Below, piece by piece: positions 29,701 to 39,432 of a DNA stretch of 64,000 bases. Source of the stretch: a virus (taxonomy: Duplodnaviria > Caudoviricetes); the IMG/VR virus record IMGVR_UViG_3300037067_020597, positions 1 through 64,000 of that record. One strand, written 5' to 3'. The first letter of the stretch is position 1. Every line of letters begins with the position of its first letter. The notes under the pieces are model-generated. The model saw only the letters and a list, made by a program, of their open reading frames with translations. It did no database searches and was not told where the DNA came from. Both the position numbers and the translations under genes were made by a program.

Positions 29701-31080
29701 ATGACACCCAATATGGTCGGTCTACAATTTGGTCGGCTGACAGTTCTAGAGCGAGCCCCTAATGCTGGTAAATTTTCTGCTTGGTATTGCTCTTGTTCTT
29801 GTGGTACAATCAAGACCAAACCAATTCGCGGGTTTAGCTTAAGAAACGGTCAGACACAAAGTTGTGGTTGCATATTACGCGAGCTTTTGAATAAGCGTAA
29901 TTTCAGACACGGTTGTACGAAACACTACGGCAGCACTAACAGACGTACACCTGAATATATTAGTTGGAGTGCTATGATACAACGTTGTACTAACCCGAAG
30001 CATAGATTCTATAGGAGATATGGTGGTGCAGGCATTAGGGTTTGTGATCGGTGGTTACGATTTGAGAATTTTTTGGCGGATGTTGGTCACAGACCACATC
30101 AAGATTATTCAATTGGTAGAATTGAAAATAATCTTGGTTATGAACCAGGTAATTGTAGATGGATGGCACCAGAAGAGCAAGTAAATAATACATCATATTC
30201 ACGACATATTACAATTGCAAACGAGACTAGAACTATCACGCAATGGTGTCGTCATCTGAACATAGATGTAAGAACTGTAAACTCTCGAATTCACAGGGGA
30301 TGGTCGCCAGAAGAAGCGATAGTAACTCCTATAAGAAAGCGTGAAATGGCAACAAAAGAAGAGATGTCTAGGGTTGGTAGATCTAATTCAAGACGTGGCA
30401 AATCACAGGAACGCCACGTAGCACACTTATTGACTGATTGGTCGGGGGTAGAGTTTAGGCGTAGGAAAGTAGAGGGGAGAGATGCTTCGGTAGTAGCACG
30501 CGAATCGACCGCAGACGTAATAGCGGTTCTACACGACTTTAGATTTTCTGTGGAGGCTAAGAGTGGCAAAGGATTCAGTCTTGATGCGCTAATGGGCAAT
30601 CCTAATACTGCTTTATTTTCAACATGGTGGTTTCAGACTTGTTATGATGCACAATTGGTTTCTAATATCAGTGGGAATAAGATATTCCCAATGTTGTTCT
30701 TTAAGCCAAATCCAAACACTGATTGGGTTGCTTTTTCTGAATACGCTATATCAATATTAACATCAAAACAAGACAACACCATCAAACAGGAACTGTGGTT
30801 TCCCCATATCTATTTTGGAGCATATAAGTTATCGAAACAAATTGGATCAATTACTTTTTCTAAAAAGAATAAAATTACGACAGAGATTCAGTTAGATCCG
30901 GTTATTATCTGTAGATGGAAAGATTTTGCCGCAAATGTCAGACCAGATGGACTATTTCTAGACGAGAAGGAACCAAAGATATTAAGAAATCATCCAGAAG
31001 GTGAACCATGGCATGCGGTGGATGTGGAAATAGAAAACCAGTTAGGGTTGCAAGAGCAAGCTCAAGTAAGCCAATCGTAA
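29701..31080 (+). CDS. HNH-type homing endonuclease in frame with a Holliday junction resolvase-like PD-(D/E)xK nuclease
   Basis: FGRLTV...CSCG...SWSAMIQRC...YGGAGIRVC...GRIENN.GYEPGNCRW. From Met at 30346: RGKSQERHVA...ADV...FSVEAKSG. Confidence 0.75.
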   Translation: MTPNMVGLQFGRLTVLERAPNAGKFSAWYCSCSCGTIKTKPIRGFSLRNGQTQSCGCILRELLNKRNFRHGCTKHYGSTNRRTPEYISWSAMIQRCTNPKHRFYRRYGGAGIRVCDRWLRFENFLADVGHRPHQDYSIGRIENNLGYEPGNCRWMAPEEQVNNTSYSRHITIANETRTITQWCRHLNIDVRTVNSRIHRGWSPEEAIVTPIRKREMATKEEMSRVGRSNSRRGKSQERHVAHLLTDWSGVEFRRRKVEGRDASVVARESTADVIAVLHDFRFSVEAKSGKGFSLDALMGNPNTALFSTWWFQTCYDAQLVSNISGNKIFPMLFFKPNPNTDWVAFSEYAISILTSKQDNTIKQELWFPHIYFGAYKLSKQIGSITFSKKNKITTEIQLDPVIICRWKDFAANVRPDGLFLDEKEPKILRNHPEGEPWHAVDVEIENQLGLQEQAQVSQS

Positions 31081-31163
31081 TTAGGCAGGTAGTAAAGCAA
31101 AATCTGCCATCATATAGACCTCTCCATATTCAACGGTCTGGAGTAAGAAAGGCAAGAGTATAA
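31008..31163 (+). CDS. Small basic protein MACGGCG... (not in ORF track)
   Basis: Hand translation gives 51 aa; AAGGTG SD; TAATG overlap with the next gene. Confidence 0.7.
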   Translation: MACGGCGNRKPVRVARASSSKPIVIRQVVKQNLPSYRPLHIQRSGVRKARV

Positions 31164-31462
31164 TGGGATGTGGTGGATGTGGAGGAAAAGCCGCTGCTAC
31201 AGTTGCGCAGAACAGAGTTATTGGAGCGCAACAGGTTAGACCGAAAGCTACACCCAGGCTGACACAAGTTCCCAAATTGCGCCCGTCGCCAACGACGAAA
31301 GTTGTTATCAGATCTACTCCTAGGACAACTATTAAAACAAAGCAGCAACTAAGAGACTTGAAAGTTTGTCCGCTGTGTAATTCCACCTTGACTCCGATTC
31401 TAACGGGTAATGGAGCAAAAAATCGCAAACGGTGCTTACGCTGCAATAGAACGTTCGTATAA
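31163..31462 (+). CDS. Small basic Cys-motif protein MGCGGCG...
   Basis: Lys/Arg-rich, with CPLC and CLRC. Confidence 0.7.
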   Translation: MGCGGCGGKAAATVAQNRVIGAQQVRPKATPRLTQVPKLRPSPTTKVVIRSTPRTTIKTKQQLRDLKVCPLCNSTLTPILTGNGAKNRKRCLRCNRTFV

Positions 31463-31485
31463 TTTATCGCTGTATTAAATAATAT

Positions 31486-32001
31486 ATGAATATGGACTTT
31501 GCGATTATCGGTGCTTGGTTAATTTGTGCGGTAGCATCTGAACGAGCAACTGAGGCTATTACTACGTCACTATTCTTTGCACCATTACGGCAATTTCTGG
31601 GCCGGGCCGCAATAGCAGATCAGCTGACTGATAAATATGAAGAAATATTTATCAGTAGGATTTTTGTCAAAGCGGCGAAATGGTCGTCCGATTTGGTGTC
31701 GTGTGGGTGGTGTACTAGTTTTTGGACATCTCTGTTTTTCTCTTTGTTTTTGCCGGGGGGATATTTTTCACTTATCGCTGCCGATAATATCATAGTAAAA
31801 ACTATTGCCCTCTGGGGTTTTGCAAATCTGTGGCATTCTATCTTCAGGTTAATTCATAACGGTCGTGTTGCGGCTATAGATATCAATTTGAAGATTATTG
31901 ACATTGACACTGATGTAAATAATAATGGAGGTTCTGATGGAGAATTTGGAGAGGGAGTTGGCGAGGCGGACTCAATCGGAATTGAACCGCCAACGGTTTG
32001 A
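31486..32001 (+). CDS. DUF1360-like membrane protein
   Basis: ERATEAIT...PLR...LVSCGWCTSFW with hydrophobic helices. Confidence 0.6.
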   Translation: MNMDFAIIGAWLICAVASERATEAITTSLFFAPLRQFLGRAAIADQLTDKYEEIFISRIFVKAAKWSSDLVSCGWCTSFWTSLFFSLFLPGGYFSLIAADNIIVKTIALWGFANLWHSIFRLIHNGRVAAIDINLKIIDIDTDVNNNGGSDGEFGEGVGEADSIGIEPPTV

Positions 32002-32464
32002 GCCTCCTACCATACGAACCGCATCAGATATTAAGCGTGTACTGGCCCAACTAGAGCCAAGTGCTACGATTAATACGAGCGCTAGTGATGTTACTCTGGC
32101 TGCTGAGATGACTGGGACAGACACTGAAAACCGTAGCCAAAAGTTTCGTGTATCAGCAAAAACGAAGACTAGCTCTGTGCGAGATGTCCTGCTCGAAGGG
32201 CTTAATATGGTTAAGCAAAGAGAGGAGGCAGCCGCTCAAGTTCGAGATGAGCAGATACCAATAGCTGTCGATGGCAAAGAAATGAAATCTCCATCAGTGA
32301 TGGCCGAGAATAATTTTATTGCCATCGATCCGGTGATAGGTAGAACTCTTGGCGGTTATCGCTGTGGACATTATATCCAATGGGATTTGTCCGATGGCTT
32401 TACGTATCGTTATGACATATTTGTTCACAGACTAACTAGATTCAAAACTGAGAAGAAGTTATGA
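31925..32464 (+). CDS. Hypothetical protein
   Basis: Operon-coupled ORF. Confidence 0.6.
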   Translation: MEVLMENLERELARRTQSELNRQRFEPPTIRTASDIKRVLAQLEPSATINTSASDVTLAAEMTGTDTENRSQKFRVSAKTKTSSVRDVLLEGLNMVKQREEAAAQVRDEQIPIAVDGKEMKSPSVMAENNFIAIDPVIGRTLGGYRCGHYIQWDLSDGFTYRYDIFVHRLTRFKTEKKL

Positions 32465-32769
32465 GAGAAATCGAATTGCCGCCGCTAGCAACATATAAAG
32501 CATTAGCGACATGGAAGCCACGGTATGCTGACTTTGTTGTGTGGGCTGGCTGGTTCCGGGTTTGGTTCGGCCTCGTAAACAATTTCGATCCCAAGAGTGG
32601 CAAAACGTCTGTCATATTTGAAGGAACGCCAAGGTTGCTTTTTACTTTGACAGATGAAGAAATACAAAAGAATGCATACGTTTTTGATCTGGATCATATC
32701 CGTAACAATAAACGCGGACGCTGGTATATCCAGCAGTGTATAGATGGGAACACAATCTGGTATATCTAA
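32461..32769 (+). CDS. Hypothetical protein
   Basis: ATGA overlap with the upstream gene. Confidence 0.6.
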   Translation: MREIELPPLATYKALATWKPRYADFVVWAGWFRVWFGLVNNFDPKSGKTSVIFEGTPRLLFTLTDEEIQKNAYVFDLDHIRNNKRGRWYIQQCIDGNTIWYI

Positions 32770-33331
32770 AATCGTCCCGGTAATGCTACCGCACCCTGAA
32801 CCGTTGTCGGATTTGGCAATGGTTTCCAATATGTTGTGTTATATAGTTAAATATTATCAAAATGTCGGCATTAGCTGCCTGATAACGCATAAAGACGGCA
32901 ATGTTAGTATATCAATGGGCGATTGGAACGGCCAGACGATCGACTTGGCAAATATTAAGGATTCTATGTCTCTTGTTGCAATCGACTTCTTGCATAAACA
33001 GGGACAACTTCTGGCAGCCATATCGAATGCTGCTGGTGTCAAGCAAGCTATTTATTATTTTGCACTTGATACTGGTGTTCCGGTTTTGGTAGATATTAGG
33101 CTAAGTTTGAATAAATTTCTTGGTCCAGGGATGATTAGAGATGTATTTGGCAAGACGTTTGATACACAGCAGATATTGAAGGTCGACGTAATATCTGAAC
33201 AGTTAATTGAGCAAATCAGAGATGGAGCAGGAAATTTTGGTGATGGTGTCATAATCAAGCCAAGTAGATTTAGGTTTACTGAAGCAGATGGCAAATTGAT
33301 GCCGCTTTATATTAAGGTTCAACACGATTAA
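32744..33331 (+). CDS. Hypothetical protein with weak ligase-like C-terminal motifs
   Basis: DGVIIKP...LYIKV resembles nucleotidyltransferase motifs IV/V. Confidence 0.45.
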   Translation: MGTQSGISKIVPVMLPHPEPLSDLAMVSNMLCYIVKYYQNVGISCLITHKDGNVSISMGDWNGQTIDLANIKDSMSLVAIDFLHKQGQLLAAISNAAGVKQAIYYFALDTGVPVLVDIRLSLNKFLGPGMIRDVFGKTFDTQQILKVDVISEQLIEQIRDGAGNFGDGVIIKPSRFRFTEADGKLMPLYIKVQHD

Positions 33332-33344
33332 GCGAGGTGGTGTC

Positions 33345-33872
33345 ATTTTAGTTCTAACAGCAGGGCTCCCAGCTGCGGGTAAATCGAAGGCTATAGATAT
33401 TCTAGCCAAGCATAAAGAATATACTTGGCATATTATCAGACCGTCAGACTGGGTTCCTGAAAATCTAGCTACATTGGATGAGAAAACACAACGAGAATTC
33501 AATATAGGTTGTTGGTCTGTTGCACTTGAGAAGTGTAAAGAAGCAATCGCTCAAGTACCACCTAACGAAATCATTGTATTAGATACGTGTAATTCAAAGT
33601 TTAATTCGCACGTATCGATGATAGCTGACGCAAAGAAAGCACTACATAAGGTAGTCTTGTTTTTCGTTCAAGCCAATGTTGATTTGTGTTTAGAAAGAAA
33701 CTCGCAGTTGTCCAAAACATTGTTATGTGATTATGTTGATAGATTCAAGTCGTCATTACCAAAATACAAGAAGTCTTGTGATCTTTTTGTGGTAGTACGA
33801 AACAATGGGATTTTGGAACAACTCGAAACAGAATTATATGATGTTTGGAAACGATTGTGCCAGAGTATCTAA
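33345..33872 (+). CDS. P-loop kinase (polynucleotide kinase/AAA_33-like), probable ATT start
   Basis: The frame upstream of the track start encodes LVLTAGLPAAGKS (Walker A); IVLDTCN and CLERN lie downstream. GAGGT SD 6 nt before the ATT. Confidence 0.7.
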   Translation: MLVLTAGLPAAGKSKAIDILAKHKEYTWHIIRPSDWVPENLATLDEKTQREFNIGCWSVALEKCKEAIAQVPPNEIIVLDTCNSKFNSHVSMIADAKKALHKVVLFFVQANVDLCLERNSQLSKTLLCDYVDRFKSSLPKYKKSCDLFVVVRNNGILEQLETELYDVWKRLCQSI

Positions 33873-35686
33873 ACCCACACCCACACGATTTGTACTTGGT
33901 TGGGCCAAATGGTGATACTATACATATTCGAAAAGGACGTAGAGTAAGACTGCCCGACTTTTTTGATCGCTATGTTAGTAAGGATAACGCTGGGACTAAA
34001 GGGTATTTAGTTAATGTCGACAAAATACCCGTAGCACCGCCTCCAAGACGAGAGATCAGGGCTGTGCGCCAGCTGGGGCGGCCAGTCAAGATAGTAAGAC
34101 AGCCAATAAAAGATGTAAAACATCAACGTCCCATCGTAGGGCGTATGCACAGAAATAATGATCCGGCACGATCAAAGAACTTTACAGGCCAAGTATATCC
34201 GATTAGCAACGGCGTTGGTGTTGGAATATTGACATATAATCGACCAGCATCGCTACGTCGGTTGATAGATTCTATTTCTCAGTATACGGATACGTGTCGC
34301 ACAACTATATTCGTGAGTGACGATGGCAGCACGAACCCAGATCAACTACAATACTTAGAAGAGCTTAAATTACGTGGCGACATAATAGTTGTACAGAATA
34401 AAAACCAATTAGGTGTCGCTGGTAATAGTAATCGTTTGATGAGGTGTCTTTCACGCTTTCCTAAGAAACTCCTATTGAACGACGATGTTGAAATATTGGC
34501 AGAAGGGTGGGAGCATTTTTATTTTTCGGTAATGCAACGAACCAATTTTCATCATTTTTGCTACCGGCAGCCTGGAGTATATGGCGCTGTCAAAGGAAAT
34601 AATGTAACAGTAAATGGCGTTGTTTTGAATGTCGTGGATAATAAACCGCACGGCGCTGTAATGGCATTTGATCATACTGCTTTTTCTAATATTGGATATT
34701 TTGATGAGCAGTTTGGGCAATATGGTGTTGAGCATGTAGATTGGTCTACCAGGCTGTCGGATAGCAAGCTACAACAACCTGGTTTTTTCGATGTCAATGG
34801 TTCTGACGCATATTTTATAGTCCATGCAGAACATTCGGCTGTGGAAAATAGAATTGAAAAGTTTAGAGCGGCTAAGGCAATATTGAATAAAGTTGGCGTC
34901 AGACCTGTTTATGTTGAGGCTAGTGATAAAACCATGGTGCCGCGCATATCATGTGTGATACCATTTCGGGAAATCGACAGAAAAAGCTCTATATTTACTG
35001 TTCTTAATAATATCAGAGCACAACGATTTCCAGATATTGAAATCGTGATGTCCGAGGAAGATGAACGATCTAAAATTAAGGATAATGAATGTGCTCCTGC
35101 AATGCACATTTTTACAGTGGGACAGCCAAGCGCAGCATTCAATAAGAGTAAAGCGTGGAATGTTGGCGTAAGCATATGTACATGTGACATGCTAGTCTTA
35201 CATGATGCAGATACTTTAGCACCTGGTGAATATTTTCAAGCAGTCGCTGACGAATTGACTACAGCAGAATCATGCCATCTTTGCAAGCAGATATTTTACA
35301 TAGGCGCAGCTGCGACAGAAGCAATTAACTCAACTGGTGTAATTAATCGGCCACCGTATGATCTATTAGTCGATTATTTTGAAGGTGGTACAATTGCATG
35401 TCGCCGAAAAGCATATTGGAGAATAGGCGGCTTCTCCGAAGAATTTGTGGGATATGGTGTAGAAGATAACGATTTTTATTTTAGATTGTCGAAGGCCACT
35501 ATTTGGCGTGAAAACAGACATTTCGATCTTTTACATCTATATCATATAAGAGTTAATAATTGGGCGGCATTTCATAAAAAGAACAAAGAATTAGGGCAGA
35601 AGCTCGATGCATTGTCGCTCAATGATAGAATAACTCGCCAGCGTCAATTGTTAATCAGAAGTGGGCGTGGTCATCATTTAGATTAG
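33845..35686 (+). CDS. Double GT-A (GT2 plus galactosyltransferase-like) glycosyltransferase
   Basis: GILTYNRP...VSDDGS...LLNDDVE; second domain CVIPFRE...LHDAD...GGFSEEFVGYGVEDNDF. Confidence 0.85.
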   Translation: METIVPEYLNPHPHDLYLVGPNGDTIHIRKGRRVRLPDFFDRYVSKDNAGTKGYLVNVDKIPVAPPPRREIRAVRQLGRPVKIVRQPIKDVKHQRPIVGRMHRNNDPARSKNFTGQVYPISNGVGVGILTYNRPASLRRLIDSISQYTDTCRTTIFVSDDGSTNPDQLQYLEELKLRGDIIVVQNKNQLGVAGNSNRLMRCLSRFPKKLLLNDDVEILAEGWEHFYFSVMQRTNFHHFCYRQPGVYGAVKGNNVTVNGVVLNVVDNKPHGAVMAFDHTAFSNIGYFDEQFGQYGVEHVDWSTRLSDSKLQQPGFFDVNGSDAYFIVHAEHSAVENRIEKFRAAKAILNKVGVRPVYVEASDKTMVPRISCVIPFREIDRKSSIFTVLNNIRAQRFPDIEIVMSEEDERSKIKDNECAPAMHIFTVGQPSAAFNKSKAWNVGVSICTCDMLVLHDADTLAPGEYFQAVADELTTAESCHLCKQIFYIGAAATEAINSTGVINRPPYDLLVDYFEGGTIACRRKAYWRIGGFSEEFVGYGVEDNDFYFRLSKATIWRENRHFDLLHLYHIRVNNWAAFHKKNKELGQKLDALSLNDRITRQRQLLIRSGRGHHLD

Positions 35687-35695
35687 GATAACAGC

Positions 35696-36655
35696 ATGCG
35701 TGTGTTATTTTGTAATAAACCCGGTGGTGCATGGGGTTTCGTTACTGAGAGTATGATAAACGCACTTCGTGATGTTGGCATAGAGACAGCAAGATGGGAT
35801 GGTAACTACAATACTTGGCAGTCTTTTGCTCCGGATGTTTATATTGGATCGAGCGGCCATAAGCAGCCGATACCGAGTGTGCGATCATGTAAGGTCGCAC
35901 TGCAAGTAAATCCGTTTGGCCCAATTAAAGTAGAGCCAAACATCAACGAATCAACTGATACGATTGAATGGGTTAAATCGGTGCGACCGAATGTTGTCTT
36001 CGGCTATGCACATGAAAGCGATCGTTTTTATTGGTCATATTGGGCAAACGTGGCCCAATGGATTCCGATGGCGACAGCTGGAGATGTCACGATATTTAAA
36101 CATACAAATGGAACACATAACCAATTCGATATAGGTTATGTCGGTGGCCGCTGGCCATATAAAGCCCAAGATATAGATGCCTATTTATTGCCGGTATTGC
36201 GCGATAAGTCTATATCGCACAGAGTATGCGGATGGGGCACATGGCCAGAAGGATTATGTTCCGGCAAAATCACAGATGAAGAAGTGCCAATATTGTTGGC
36301 AAGTTGTAAAATTGCACCGTGTATTAGTGAACCTCATACACTAGAACATGGAATCGATTTGCCTGAAAGGGTGTTTAAGGCGGCATTAAGCGGTGCAGTT
36401 GTAGTTCACGATCCTGCGAAGGGTCTAGAGAGATATCTTCCACACGCAATAATAGCAAGCAACCCTAAGTCATTCCATTTTGAGATTAGGAGCCTACTTG
36501 CTGATCAGAGCTTTTTGTCAAGCATAGCTGAAACACAGCGCCAAGATGTTTTACAAGCCCATACATATCATCATAGAATGGCTACGTTGATGACGTCACT
36601 GGGATTTGACGGGGAAGCAGAGTCGCTGTTATGTGCAGTAGAGAAATTTAAATGA
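35696..36655 (+). CDS. CgeB/YkvP-like GT-B glycosyltransferase
   Basis: DIGYVGG...RVCG.G.W...LPERVFKAALSGAVVV...HTYHHRM. Confidence 0.75.
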   Translation: MRVLFCNKPGGAWGFVTESMINALRDVGIETARWDGNYNTWQSFAPDVYIGSSGHKQPIPSVRSCKVALQVNPFGPIKVEPNINESTDTIEWVKSVRPNVVFGYAHESDRFYWSYWANVAQWIPMATAGDVTIFKHTNGTHNQFDIGYVGGRWPYKAQDIDAYLLPVLRDKSISHRVCGWGTWPEGLCSGKITDEEVPILLASCKIAPCISEPHTLEHGIDLPERVFKAALSGAVVVHDPAKGLERYLPHAIIASNPKSFHFEIRSLLADQSFLSSIAETQRQDVLQAHTYHHRMATLMTSLGFDGEAESLLCAVEKFK

Positions 36656-37620
36656 TTGCAATAGACTTTTCAATGTTAAGCCAAAACAGACTGCCACGCT
36701 GTGCATATCAGCTTGCAAATTTGGCAGAAATAGCAGATCGTATGCATCTTTCTGTGAAGGTAATAGCTACCGATAATCAATTAGCAAAAATGCCGATTTT
36801 GCGGCGCGTTGAACATCTAATATCAAATGATTATACTGATGTGACCTTGTATATCGCGAAATCAGACACATTTTATTTCGATCGCAATTGGAGAAATATA
36901 GAGAATCTACTAGCCTATAAGGTTTGTTTAAGTTCGTCTGATAGAGTTTTCAGAGAAAGAGATGGCAGTTGGAAAGGAGAATCCGGTGGTGCTGTTCAGA
37001 ATCGATGCGATTTGTATATGCCAGTGAATTGTACTCCACAGCTATTGCAGAGCCATGGTCATAAGACGATCCCTGTAGCACACCGGACCTCAACACAAGT
37101 TTTTGATCTATTTGCTAAAATGGGGTTAGATTATGCTTATCTTGATGATGATGTTCAAACCATCAGAGACGCTTTTACGGTAGAGAATATCGGGTTAGCC
37201 GGTTTTATGGGACGCAGTGGATATGGTGAGCGACGTAACACAAGCGGCATGCCGACATGGGTCAATTTACTATGGGTTGCCGGAGCATCAGCACATCAAT
37301 ATATTAAAAACTTGCTCTCTTATACAGCTTGTGTCGATTTGCGTGGTGCTGGCGATAAAAGTCTACGATTTATAGAAGCTGTTATATTTGGACGCACAAT
37401 AATAACGAGGCAACAGAGATCGCCATATCTTCCACCTTTGATAGATGGACACAATGCCATTATCGTGAAAGAATGGAGTGAATTGGATTCACGTGTTGAT
37501 TTGCCGCTTTGGCAATCTGTCGTTGAACAAGCTACTAAAGATTATTTGACACACTGGTCACAATTAGCACAGTTTAAGATGATACTAGAAAGGGCTGGAT
37601 ATGATCAACATAGTGCTTGA
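36652..37620 (+). CDS. Putative GT-B glycosyltransferase
   Basis: YIKNLLSYTACVDLRGAGDKSLRFIEAVIFG is a GT-B C-terminal-like motif. Confidence 0.55.
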   Translation: MIAIDFSMLSQNRLPRCAYQLANLAEIADRMHLSVKVIATDNQLAKMPILRRVEHLISNDYTDVTLYIAKSDTFYFDRNWRNIENLLAYKVCLSSSDRVFRERDGSWKGESGGAVQNRCDLYMPVNCTPQLLQSHGHKTIPVAHRTSTQVFDLFAKMGLDYAYLDDDVQTIRDAFTVENIGLAGFMGRSGYGERRNTSGMPTWVNLLWVAGASAHQYIKNLLSYTACVDLRGAGDKSLRFIEAVIFGRTIITRQQRSPYLPPLIDGHNAIIVKEWSELDSRVDLPLWQSVVEQATKDYLTHWSQLAQFKMILERAGYDQHSA

Positions 37621-37927
37621 ATTCGATGCAGCCGATAAGAAGATTTTTAGATTTACTATACGTAGTGAGGAAGATTGGATCTCCCACCTATCGTCTGGCG
37701 ATGAAATAGGATTCGATCTTGTAGAGTCAAAAGAATTCTTTTATGTTACAATATCACGTCGTGTGTATCTGGTCGGCCACACAGAGCCGATTTATGTGAT
37801 ATGCGTCCCTACGAAATTTAAGACAGTCAACGAAGCAGAGAAATTTTTTGATAAGTTCAAAAAACAATTTGGTAATGATTTATCAATTGATAGAGATGAA
37901 ACTGATATTTTAGAGCAGCCAGAATAG
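37601..37927 (+). CDS. Hypothetical protein
   Basis: 108 aa ORF. Confidence 0.5.
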   Translation: MINIVLEFDAADKKIFRFTIRSEEDWISHLSSGDEIGFDLVESKEFFYVTISRRVYLVGHTEPIYVICVPTKFKTVNEAEKFFDKFKKQFGNDLSIDRDETDILEQPE

Positions 37928-38275
37928 CTAAATTCTCATGATAAGTTTTTGATCTGGTTCGTATTCAAGTATCTCTACATCGAATACGAAAACATCTTTG
38001 AGTACTCGTGGATAAGTGAATTTTATTGCTTGCCATCCTTTTTTATCCATCCATTTAGCATCGCGTATATCTAGTTCTACTGTGCCACAAAACCATTCTT
38101 CAGGGAGATTCCTTCTAGCGAATCTCATTGCTATGTGTGGATCTTCGAATACAGGAACTATGGGCCTATCTTTTTCACGTATTACTAAGATAGGCACCCA
38201 TTTTTGAGTTCCACATTCAACTTTCATTTCTTGGGCTGTCATTTGCCCTTGCGTGCAGAAGAGGCAATAAGTCAT
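37928..38275 (-). CDS. Hypothetical protein
   Basis: 115 aa; overlaps the next minus-strand ORF by 4 nt. Confidence 0.55.
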   Translation of the reverse strand: MTYCLFCTQGQMTAQEMKVECGTQKWVPILVIREKDRPIVPVFEDPHIAMRFARRNLPEEWFCGTVELDIRDAKWMDKKGWQAIKFTYPRVLKDVFVFDVEILEYEPDQKLIMRI

Positions 38276-38514
38276 AATGGCGGTAGTGGTAGTTCTTTGC
38301 GAGTAGAGAAATATTTAAATGCAGCTTGCAGCTCTTCAGACGAGAACCCTATATCGAGGATGCAGTCTCGCCATCGTTTAGCATATCTAGATATTAGAGC
38401 ATATTCCATACCAGTTATTGGAACAGCTGTACCATTCTTCCTGCAAGTACATATGGTCCTGTCATACTCCTCGGTATTTATGTAGTATTGCTCTGCTAAG
38501 TCATAGACATCCAT
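38272..38514 (-). CDS. Hypothetical protein
   Basis: 80 aa ORF. Confidence 0.5.
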   Translation of the reverse strand: MDVYDLAEQYYINTEEYDRTICTCRKNGTAVPITGMEYALISRYAKRWRDCILDIGFSSEELQAAFKYFSTRKELPLPPL

Positions 38515-38620
38515 AGTGTTAAAATACGTTCTATTTCGTAATTATTTGGATTATTCGAGCAAAATTAATGTGGGCAGAGAAAAGATAGTAAGCGTAAACA
38601 ACCTTTGTCGGAGATTAACG

Positions 38621-39025
38621 ATGAGTGCTCAACCAGCCAATACCGCGATTTCGGTTTTTCGGAATGTCCGAAGCTATCGCCAAGATCTTCGCCATGAGGC
38701 AATCGGTGCTTTGATCAAGCGATTACGTCCCTTGGTCATGAGTGTTCCTGGACAGGAAATACTGGTCGGCGTTTTGGCCAGGGATACTACTGTCTCGGAC
38801 TTCAGCCCGTATTGCGGCGAAGCTCGTTTTGGCGCAAGCCGTGGCTTCCCGATTGTGGTCGGTCTGTACAAGGTCGAGAGCTTTGCTTCGGCCCAGGAAA
38901 ATCTTCCTGGTATCGATTTCGCTTTCCAGATTGGAAGCGACATGTTCTTGACCAATACCCAGGCCAACCTGACACGAGACCTCCAGGCAGACCTGCGAGC
39001 AGACGCCGCCGTTCATGCAACCTAA
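38621..39025 (+). CDS. Probable highly expressed structural protein
   Basis: GGAGATTAA leader before MSAQPAN; C/G-ending codon bias; followed by hairpins. Confidence 0.65.
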   Translation: MSAQPANTAISVFRNVRSYRQDLRHEAIGALIKRLRPLVMSVPGQEILVGVLARDTTVSDFSPYCGEARFGASRGFPIVVGLYKVESFASAQENLPGIDFAFQIGSDMFLTNTQANLTRDLQADLRADAAVHAT

Positions 39026-39083
39026 TGCTAGCGATAGCATTATGAACTCGACCACAACAGCGGCCCTAAAAAGCCGCTGTTGT
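39023..39083 (+). terminator. Tandem hairpins after the 38621 gene
   Basis: TAATGCTA/TAGCATTA (39023-39042) and ACAACAGCGGC/GCCGCTGTTGT (39054-39083); no clear U-tract. Confidence 0.55.
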
Positions 39084-39102
39084 CGTATCCAAACATACTT
39101 AT

Positions 39103-39432
39103 ATGAGACACTTTGATAAAATCCTGTCTGAAGCTCTTAATCGTCACAGCCTAAAAGGGGATGATTTAAGAGACGCAATGTATGAAATCGCTCAGAGGGC
39201 TTTAAGGCTTGAGGTCGACGACAACGAGGAAGAATTGGATCACCTTGCAAATGCAATGCAAGAACTAAAAACTGAGGAAAATGCAGACGAATTTGAGCGA
39301 TATCGGGACGAAATTGTCCGCAGAAATGAAGATAATCCTCGGTTTAGCAAAATATTGAGGAAAAGAATCAAGCAGGGCTGTGATTTATCTTTGTGGATGT
39401 TTAAGCATTTGGTTGATCGGGCTCAGAAATAG
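39103..39432 (+). CDS. Hypothetical protein
   Basis: 109 aa with an MRHFDKILSE N-terminus. Confidence 0.6.
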   Translation: MRHFDKILSEALNRHSLKGDDLRDAMYEIAQRALRLEVDDNEEELDHLANAMQELKTEENADEFERYRDEIVRRNEDNPRFSKILRKRIKQGCDLSLWMFKHLVDRAQK

